Assembly: GCF_041146345.1 (NCBI RefSeq) | Contig: NW_027191417.1 | Span: 1,674,001 to 1,738,000, forward strand | Direction of reading: 5' to 3' | Length of the DNA stretch: 64,000 nucleotides | Source of the DNA: Neodothiora populina | Lineage: Eukaryota | Shown: in pieces, positions 15,140 to 23,620 of the stretch | Layout of the letters: each line of letters starts with the position of its first letter | Numbering within the stretch: position 1 is the first letter of the stretch | Made by a program: the position numbers and the translations under genes | Notes under the pieces: model-generated | Told to the model about the DNA's origin: nothing | Seen by the model: only the letters and a program-made list of their open reading frames with translations | Databases searched by the model: none

Positions 15140-16685
15140 GTATCTTGCCTACTTCATCCTGCAGGGACGGACGGTGTCTGCATGGCTCGTGGTTCATGAA
15201 TCGCGTCGTGTGTGAAGTTTGTGGAAATAGTCGTGAGCGTGTTTCTGTGTGTGCTCTTCTTGCCGGTGTAAGTATGTGTAGGTACGTACGTGCTTTGTAG
15301 ACCTTCCTGTTCTGATACCACAGTCATTTAGCGTGGGTATAGTGGGATGAGCGGTGGATCCATCGTCCTACAGTAAAGTACTCGGAGCTGTCGATGTCGG
15401 ATGTCCGCTAGGAAGGATCGAGATTGCGGAACAGAGTGCAAGTACGTCTGGTGCAATTTGTGGTTGTTTCCAGTGTGCGAGCACTGGCAGTATTTCATGC
15501 ACAAGCGTGTCTATGCTGGCAGAGAGACGGATAGGTATCGTTCGTTCAGTCTCCCCCTCTCTTCGACCTCGCACTCGAGGTCGAGGGTCAGCTCACCTGC
15601 AGGACTTGAAGTCAATCGTAGAAACAAGGCAATTACACCCTCTACTCCGGGGAAAGGGTTTGGTATAGGACTCGAACATGAATGATTCGGTGCTGCATGG
15701 CTTCTCCATGCATCGGTCAGTGTTGTAGTAGCTATCCTTGCTTGATTTTGACATGAGGGGGGAGGGATTGAGCATGGAGAATATACCTGTATCTACTTTT
15801 AGCAAGGTGCAGAAGAGCTCACGCTGCTCGAGTAAGGGACATTCCGGTTTCATCATAATGAAGTCCTATGCGATAGCCAGAGTTTCCCCTGTCGAGCAGT
15901 TAACAGTGAAACAAAAGCTACTGGATATCCCGAAATCAGCACTATGAGATGTCGTCCCGACGCATTCCAGAGAACATATCCACCAAGAGTGTCCAGACGC
16001 TTGCATAGATGACCTATATAGTGCGATAATCCGAAAGGCATCGTGGCACAGGCATTATGTTTGACAGGAATTGCAGAGAGATAATTCACGCCGATACATA
16101 TTCTGGAACATATATGCATGCGAGGGATGGAAGCTGGGCGACCCTGTCCCTCGATTCGCACGATACTGACTTTGGACACGAGATGTCTGGAGAATATCAA
16201 CAAGCAGTATACCGTGTAGTGACACTCGACTACTATCTTTGTGAGCTGAAGACTTCGATGGAGTTGAGAGTAAGGCTTCGGCTCTTATGGATGTTTGTCC
16301 AGGTCCATCAGAAGAAAAGTACAGTAGATTCTGGTGCTCCTTTAACTGTTGTGGTATATTCATTCATCAAGGTTCATGTCATATACGGCTAACAACATGC
16401 ACATACATGCTAACACATACACAAGTATCGAATGCACAAAGAAACAGCCTACATATATGAGCAACAACTAAAGCACGGGGACTTGTCGTGTTTCTAGGAA
16501 CAATTACAAATGGATCATGTCGAGTGGAAGAACAGGAATAACATTATCATTTACCTAAACCAAAAGCCACGTCCTTCCCTGCACATATGCTCCCTGTCAG
16601 AGAACAAAAGACACTGCGAATGATGTTAGCATATGCACCCCTTGCACATGTATCTGACGGTTTGACTGGAGAAGAAAGGGCAAAA

Positions 16686-16785
16686 AGTGTCAGGTTAAAG
16701 CCTTGTCACAGGCTGATTTCGTCAATGTCCAACTTGTGGCTACGTTGACCGTCGTGAGATGATTGAAAATTGTTCATCATTTGAA
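16686..16785 (-). ncRNA. snR73: Box C/D snoRNA snR73 ortholog
   Basis: C box ATGATGA at 16780-16774. Guide TCTCACGACGGTC pairs with LSU GACCGUCGUGAGA (yeast Cm2959). It has a TGTGACA element and a D box CTGA at 16693-16690. Confidence 0.9.
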
Positions 16786-16942
16786 GCGTGCATGAGAAGA
16801 AATGGAAAAGGGGTGGGCTTACCATTAGGTGCAGATCAGACATGGAACATAGCCTGAAGTCAAGGTGGTGAAGGAAAAACTGTGAATCGGGTCAGCGACG
16901 TGGTCACAACCAATTTGCGTGCAGAGCATCAATTAATTGATG

Positions 16943-17029
16943 TCAATCAGACAAAACACTCTCGTCTTATCCACCGGTCAAGGTGGTCGGACATATGCTT
17001 GTCATTGGTATATTTATATCATCATGAAG
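16943..17029 (-). ncRNA. snR74: Box C/D snoRNA snR74 ortholog
   Basis: C box ATGATGA at 17025-17019. Guide GACAAGCATATG before D' CCGA pairs with SSU CAUAUGCUUGUC (Am28). The RNA ends TTTTGT-CTGA, with the D box at 16950-16947. Confidence 0.92.
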
Positions 17030-17207
17030 AGTAAAGGCAGAAGGGAAGAGGAAACTCCATACCATTTCAGTAATTATATACACTGGCTAAGGGATCACCC
17101 ACATCACCAGTATAGAAAAGACGTTGTTGCTCTCGAGATAATCCTACAATAACTGTAAGCTTCATGCATACTCGAAAGATCAACGATAGAAAGTAGTGCA
17201 ACAGAGA

Positions 17208-17298
17208 ATATCAGTTAGGCATGAATGGTTAAAAAAAAAGATTGTGTCGGCATCGCTAACGCGGATACGACTCGTCATCTAAAGGGTTCATCATAAAA
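17208..17298 (-). ncRNA. snR75: Box C/D snoRNA snR75 ortholog
   Basis: C box ATGATGA at 17294-17288. Guide TTAGATGACGAG pairs with LSU CUCGUCAUCUAA (yeast Gm2288). A second element ACCATTCATGC matches yeast snR75, and the D box CTGA is at 17214-17211. Confidence 0.92.
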
Positions 17299-17612
17299 AA
17301 AGGAGAAAGCATGTGCAAACAATTTTAGCTTACCATTTGAGATGCCGTGCCCGCGCTTGCCAGCTAGTGAGCTGAATAGCAAGACGAAGATGCGAGCACA
17401 ACTGCGTCAAGTGACGGCCGGTTGAAGGCCATCAAGCAATTCAATGGACGCAAATAGAGGTAACACGCTGTTCGTATGCACCTTGCAGGACCAGGGTGTC
17501 CGTTCGCATGCTTACATGGACAAAATGACGATTGCCGTTCCATACTGAATCCAATTCACGTCAGCTTTGGCCCAAAATAGGTCAATAGCAAAAGGTAGTG
17601 GTAAGATTGAGG

Positions 17613-17705
17613 TAATCAGTGGACGAGGTTTTCTAGGCCTGTCACAAAATAGGCATATCGGCTCATGTGGTTTGTGTCGGAGCCCAGTGCCGTTTCATCA
17701 CAAGA
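17613..17705 (-). ncRNA. snR76: Box C/D snoRNA snR76 ortholog
   Basis: C box GTGATGA at 17701-17695. Guide GCACTGGGC before D' CCGA pairs with LSU GCCCAGUGC (yeast Cm2197). It has the CTAGAAAA element I recall from yeast snR76 and a D box CTGA at 17619-17616. Confidence 0.9.
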
Positions 17706-17805
17706 AGGAAAGATGATGGACGAGTGTGGTCTGCATACCTATTCTAGCTATTAGTCAAGGCCCAAAAGATGAATTGAGCAGTAAAAATAGTGATGCGAAT
17801 AGTAA

Positions 17806-17896
17806 AGATCAGAAATAGCCATTTGATATCGCCAGCGATCCGAGGATCTCGGTCGGTAATTTCCAGCGTATATAATACACAATTGTTCATCCTCAG
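17806..17896 (-). ncRNA. snR77: Box C/D snoRNA snR77 ortholog
   Basis: C box AGGATGA. Guide GCTGGA(A)ATTACCG before D' CCGA pairs with SSU CGGUAAUUCCAGC, and the +5 rule gives the yeast Um578 equivalent. The RNA ends GGCTATTT-CTGA. Confidence 0.88.
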
Positions 17897-18220
17897 AAGG
17901 GGGTAGTGGGCTGAATAGTAGATGCAGTGTACGCGTACCTTTATGATGTTGTCTCAGGGCAAGCCAGCGACATATGCGGTTGCCATGAGCAAGTGGTTCT
18001 AGCTGTTGACCTAACAAAAGGCACAGCATTCACATGATGAACACAAATGAGTGGAGAAGCGAGCTGCACTTTGAGTGAAGACTCGAGTCGACATGGATTC
18101 TCATCCCCACAACGTTCCAACTCTTAGATGAAGCCAAGCTTTGCTCTGATCTGATGAAGACTCTGTCAGTAAATACTCAAGCCTTGGTCGAGTGAACAGT
18201 GACGAGCAACATATATCGAG

Positions 18221-18313
18221 CATCGATCAGACTGACGTGCTTGCAAATGCGTTTCAGTTCTCCAATGGAGATCAAAGACTCTAGTTTATGCGGTATACAA
18301 AATCATCGTGATG
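18221..18313 (-). ncRNA. snR78: Box C/D snoRNA, snR78 ortholog that also carries the snR72 guide
   Basis: C-like box ACGATGA. The D' guide AAACTAGAGTC before TTGA pairs with LSU GACUCUAGUUU (yeast Um2421). The D guide GCACGTCAG-T-CTGA pairs with LSU CUGACGUGC (yeast Am876, the snR72 target). Terminal stem CATC/GATG. Confidence 0.9.
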
Positions 18314-19110
18314 TTGTGTGGGAGGACAGGGCAGGCAAGTGAATTGCGAGCGGAGACGTGAGGAACTTACGAATTGATCAGGCGACCACACCATTGCCAT
18401 GCAGGGCTTATGCGAGATTTTTCAGTCGCGCCTGTTGATGGACAATGGTGTGTTGATGATGTTGAGGAAAAGTTGCAGCTGAATTTTGTATGCAAGCGTT
18501 GCGGGTCGGGCCCAAGCTTTCAGGCTTAGTCATCCTCGGCAGTGCCGCGCTAGGCCGTTATGAGGAAGCCTCATCGAGGCGTGTATAAATGATGTTGCCA
18601 CACGAAGCGACCACTTTTGACTGAAGTTTGTGAGATTGTCTTTCGTGGTCATTGCTGTACTATCATGCGGTAGTCATGTAAATAAATGCGCTTTTCTCTT
18701 CCATTATTTAGTTCTAATGGCCGCGTCGCCAGGGCCATGCATGAGTTATCATATGCTCATTGGTCAAATATGTTTTCACTGTACCAATTCCCGACAACGC
18801 CCAAGTGCTATCTTGTGGCAGGTAAGAGTATTAAGCAGATCGATAGAACAAGCGACACCAAACAATGCTGGTCATCGACCTTGGCAGGTTTGTCGAATGA
18901 ATAAACAATGATAAAAGACACGGATAAGTGATAGTAATAAAGGGCTTCAGCGTCCCGAAGACTTGCCAATATCTAGATGGAAAGCTTGAAATAATGGCTT
19001 GACTGGATACAAAGCGACTAGATTATTGGGGAATGACCCAGCAGGAAACATATATGCAGGGCCCAAGTCGATGGGTGAAAGAAGCAGAACAAGCGGGCGA
19101 GTCGGACAGT

Positions 19111-20610
19111 CTAGTTTAATTTCACATAATTACCTGGGTAGATGTTAGATCAACAATGCCATGATCAGCAGAAGAAAACTCACCTGGGAATTGTCCCGAC
19201 CTTCCGGCAATCTTGCCCGTCCACCATTCGTTGTCATTGCTCGTTCTTTGGATGATTTCAATAACATCACCAGCGCTGAAGCTCAGATCTCCCTCGGCCT
19301 GGGCTTCGTAGTCATACAAGGCAGTGACAGTCTCGGCCTGAGGCACGCCGCTGAATCTGCTGGGTTTCTTGGGGGGTGGCGGAGCGGCCTTTGCCTTGGC
19401 AGCTGCTGCGAGACCGCTGTTCTGCGGACTTATAACGCTAGGCGCAGTGTAGGGCGGCGGAGGGTTGTCGTAGCTATCCCGTAGAGGACTCGATGCGCCA
19501 GTGCCAGTGCCAGCAGCCTCGGAGGCCTTGGTGGCGTATTTGTTCTCGCCGTACTTGCTCGTTCCCGGGCCGAGTGCGAGCTTGCCGCCAGGGGTCTTGC
19601 CCAAACCCTTGGTCTTGAAATGGACGATTGTCAAAGCCTCGGCCTTCTCTTGAATGCCCTCACGTTTCTTCTCGAAGGCGCCCTCGATGTCGAGGGTGAG
19701 ATCAAAGTATCCAATGTCGATGCTCTGCATCTTCTCGTGCAAAGTGTAGAAGACGTTCAGCTGCATGTAGTAGAAGCTCTGGAACAGGGGGATGATGAAC
19801 TCGCGCTCGAGACGGAAAAGCTCCGGGAGCTCGTTCTTAAGGAGATCGTTGAAGTGCTCGTATTCCTGTGTGGCAACATCGACGTCGTTCTCGGCCTTGT
19901 ACAGAGCTTTTTCGTCCTTGAGCGACTTGTCTTTCTTGTCCTGCAGCTTCTTGAGCGAGGCTCGGTGCCGGTCGTAGTCGAGCTGCTTGTGGTCGCGCTT
20001 GGTAGCCATTTTACGGACTTGCTTGATGATGACCAATAGCTCATCTGCGGGACGGACGACACGGTTCTCGATCATCTCGAGCTCTGGCTGTAGGGCGGCT
20101 TTGAGGTCGCGCACAATGGCTTCGTACTCTTCGCAGGCGCGGATACCTTCCGGATTGCCATCGACGACGTACGAGTCCGGATCGGACATGCGGCCAGATA
20201 TGGGCTTGTAGATCTCGGCGCAGGCCTTTGAGAACTCGATCTGATGGTCGAGCATGCCATTGATCGAGGTGAAGTATCTGCGGAAAGGTGAGCTTTTTCT
20301 CTCTGGATTTCTGGCCAAGGGCGGCGGACTTTTGAGATTCATCGTGCAGCTTCTTTGTCTCGACCTCCAACTCTTGGAAGCGACGCTCGGCGTCGACGTA
20401 GACGGCATCTTTGGTGATTTCTCCCTGCGATCAACGCGTCAACAGGCGAAGGAGAGAGTGAGAAAGAGAGGGGGGCAGTACCATGTTAAACCTCTGCTTG
20501 AATGTTTGCGGTGCCTAGAACGAGTGAGTCAGTCGAATGCTCTCCATCCGAGGAGGTGTCGTCGCAAGTCATACCCGCACAACACTCTTGGAGAAGCCCT
20601 TCCAACTCAT
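19111..20610 (-). CDS. RVS167: Amphiphysin-like N-BAR + SH3 protein Rvs167/Hob1
   Basis: Introns 20574-20515, 20481-20425, 20329-20278 and 19183-19134. The spliced N-terminus is [43 protein letters not shown]. The C-terminal SH3 reads [15 protein letters not shown]...WWTG...[11 protein letters not shown]. Confidence 0.95.
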
Positions 20611-21531
20611 TGTGACGGCTCAATGCGGTTCAAGCCGTCGAGGCGCGTGGAAGTCGAGGGCTATGACTGTGGGTGTGTTTGTGTGTAGATGTGCTCTGCT
20701 GCGGGAGCAATGGCAAAGAATCAAAAGAAAATCAAGGGCAAGATGCGAAGCAAGATGTGATGTTGCGGGTTGGAATGTGCAGTAAAGTTAGGTAGGTTTA
20801 TGGGGCGGAGTCTATGTTATCTTGGCTCAGGTTCAGGTATCTGTTATGCGTTTTGGGTTATGACGATGATGTGTAGGATCGACTCGGCGCAGACTGGAGA
20901 CTGGGCGTTGCTGAGGCAGGCAGCGACTACAAGTATGACTATGACTATGACTACCTTAGGTAGGTATAGTGAAAGACTATCCGGCGGAACACACATTACT
21001 TTCATGCCGTATGTGCCTCGAATTGGCACCTATTGATATTAATATTTGCAGTTGATGCCCGTCTTCCGGGATGTCTTGGCTGCCGTTTGTTAAGGTAAAC
21101 TGACACAGGCAAGGTATGGTGGGCTGTCTGACTTGGCATCACGTCATATCACTCGTCCATTCCTTTCTCTAACAGCTTTATCCTCCTGTCTTTTGTCTCT
21201 GGCAGTACTGTAATTAGTGCACAGGTGAAATAGACAGCAAGATGAACCGAAAACGGCGACTCGGAGACCGACGGACGGAAGGTCAAAGTCCGAAGTTCCT
21301 GTAGTACTTGTATCCACCTACCCAATGAAGTAGTCAGGTAATGATGCGCGGTGCGTAATGGAAAGCTGAAGCAAAGCCTCGTCGCCCAAAGTAGCTTAGC
21401 AGCAAAGCGCAATTGTCAGGGAACTGTGGAAGCTTACCTTATCTGGGCCTGTCTGTCTGCAACTACTCGTACAAAGCATATTGTTTTGTCGCCTTCTTCA
21501 CATCTATCCTGGATTTTGTTCATCAAATACC

Positions 21532-21574
<43 letters not shown>

Positions 21575-21575
21575 C
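21532..21575. repeat. (ACA/CAA)n microsatellite just upstream of the NFS1 start codon
   Basis: About 14 perfect ACA units ending 13 nt before ATG 21589. Confidence 0.95.
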
Positions 21576-21588
21576 GACATCCACCAAA

Positions 21589-23154
21589 ATGTCACAGAGT
21601 GTGTCTTCGGTGGCGAGGCAGGCCCTCCGCCACTCATCCAGACGTCTCTCAACCACAAATGCATGGGCACACCCGGCACACCAGGCACACCAGGCACACC
21701 AGGCACCCAGGCTCGCCGCCACCTCGCGCTTCGCCGACCGCAGGACCTATGTCAGCGAGAGCAGCTCCAAGAATGCCTCTGTCAGTGTCGAGTCGACCAT
21801 CAAGGCAGACCAGAAGGCTTTCCTCGCCGAGACCGGCATCAAGCCCAAGGACGCCACCATGCCCACCACCGGCATGAGCGCCGATGCCATGATGAGCCCT
21901 ACCGCCGGCATTCTCAAGCAGGCCACCATCATGGACGAGGGCAGCCGTCCCATCTATCTCGACATGCAGGCCACCACTCCCACCGACCCTCGTGTCTTGG
22001 ACGCCATGCTTCCATACTTCACCGGTCTCTACGGAAACCCCCACTCGCGCACCCACGCCTACGGTTGGGAGACGGACTCGGCCGTCGAGAAGGCCAGAGC
22101 CCACATCGCCGCACTCATCGGAGCCGACCCCAAAGAGATCATCTTCACCTCTGGCGCCACCGAGTCAAACAACATGAGCATCAAGGGAGTCGCTCGCTTC
22201 TTCAAGCGCAGCGGAAAGAAGAACCACATCATCACCTGCCAGACCGAGCACAAGTGTGTCCTCGACAGCTGCCGATACCTACAGGACGAGGGCTACGAAA
22301 TCACATATCTGCCCGTCCAGTCGGATGGACGCATCGACATGGCCGAGCTGGAGAAGGCCATGAAGCCCGAGACCATGCTTGTGTCTATCATGACCGTCAA
22401 CAACGAGATCGGAGTGGTGCAGCCAGTCGAGGAGATTGGAAAGCTGTGTCGCTCCAAGAAGATCTTCTTCCACACCGACGGCGCCCAAGCTGTGGGCAAG
22501 ATCCCTCTCGATGTCAACAAGATGAACATTGATCTTATGTCCATCTCTGGCCACAAGATATACGGTCCCAAGGGCATCGGTGCTTGCTACGTCAGGAGAC
22601 GACCGAGAGTCAGACTCGAGCCCATCATGTCCGGTGGCGGACAGGAGAGAGGTCTGAGGAGTGGAACCATTGCGCCGCCTCTTGTCATTGGATTCGGAGA
22701 GGCTGCCAGGATCTGCAAGGAGGAGATGGAGTACGACACCAAGCGCATCTCTGCGCTTTCCAAGCGTCTTGAAGACGGTCTCCTGTCCATGGAACACACG
22801 ACGCTCAACGGATCGCCCGAGCACCACTACCCTGGCTGCGTCAACGTTTCTTTCGCCTACGTCGAGGGAGAGTCGCTTCTCATGGCGCTCAAGGACATTG
22901 CTCTTTCCTCTGGATCTGCCTGCACCAGTGCGTCTCTCGAGCCTTCGTACGTGCTGCGCGCGCTCGGAAGCAGTGACGAGAGCGCACACTCCAGTATCCG
23001 ATTCGGCATCGGAAGGTTCACCACGGATGAGGAGATCGATTACGTGCTCAAGGCTGTGCAGGAGCGAGTGACGTTTTTGCGCGAGCTCAGTCCCCTGTGG
23101 GAGCTGGTGCAGGAGGGCGTCGATCTCAACACGATCGAGTGGAGCCAGCACTAA
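21589..23154 (+). CDS. NFS1: Mitochondrial cysteine desulfurase (IscS/Nfs1), intronless
   Basis: Motifs [29 protein letters not shown] (PLP lysine), [19 protein letters not shown] (catalytic Cys) and C-terminal WSQH. Arg/Ser-rich presequence from ATG 21589 in AAAATG context. Confidence 0.98.
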   Translation: MSQSVSSVARQALRHSSRRLSTTNAWAHPAHQAHQAHQAPRLAATSRFADRRTYVSESSSKNASVSVESTIKADQKAFLAETGIKPKDATMPTTGMSADAMMSPTAGILKQATIMDEGSRPIYLDMQATTPTDPRVLDAMLPYFTGLYGNPHSRTHAYGWETDSAVEKARAHIAALIGADPKEIIFTSGATESNNMSIKGVARFFKRSGKKNHIITCQTEHKCVLDSCRYLQDEGYEITYLPVQSDGRIDMAELEKAMKPETMLVSIMTVNNEIGVVQPVEEIGKLCRSKKIFFHTDGAQAVGKIPLDVNKMNIDLMSISGHKIYGPKGIGACYVRRRPRVRLEPIMSGGGQERGLRSGTIAPPLVIGFGEAARICKEEMEYDTKRISALSKRLEDGLLSMEHTTLNGSPEHHYPGCVNVSFAYVEGESLLMALKDIALSSGSACTSASLEPSYVLRALGSSDESAHSSIRFGIGRFTTDEEIDYVLKAVQERVTFLRELSPLWELVQEGVDLNTIEWSQH

Positions 23155-23620
23155 AAACACAGAGGTCGCGGATGTGTGGTCCGAGCGGATTTATGTTTGG
23201 CGTTAAGAGAAGGGGACACGGTCATTGTAGCAAGCAAGAAGCAAAGCAAAGCATACCCGGGATGACGAATTGGTTTACTTTTGATACATGTACGATAATG
23301 GAGAAAACACAGAGCTCTATCTCATCCAGCATTCTTGTCTTCTGTCTCATAAATCAATAAAGGAGTGGGTAGAGGTTGTATGACAAGAATGGCCTCCACT
23401 TCCCCACGCCGCCGCCGCCCCCGCCAAGTTGACCTCCGCCCGCCTTACTTGAGGTAGATATGTCCAAGGTAGCTTTACATGACGATCAGCAATTACCAGA
23501 ACAATTGACTCGTCCCAAAAAGCCAATGAAGCGACCGACGTGACATGATCGTGTTTGATTGTCGGAGAACAAAGACAGTGCAAAGCGTGTCGCAGGAGAT
23601 AAGAGGTCGGTGTAGTAGTC

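Larger units (their letters stand above)
16614..18370 (-). ncRNA. Non-coding multi-intron snoRNA host gene (snR78-snR73 cluster); the span is first donor to last acceptor, true transcript ends unknown
   Basis: Minus-strand GT-AG introns with branch sites, each holding one C/D RNA: 18370-18151, 17938-17739 (or 17744), 17738-17545, 17333-17144, 17062-16880 and 16822-16614. Exons are short and show no credible ORF. Confidence 0.85.

Noticed and set aside
17751..18029. 92-aa minus-strand ORF within the snoRNA host
   Set aside because: It runs through the snR77 intron and the snoRNA itself, so it cannot be in the spliced RNA. No protein similarity recognised.
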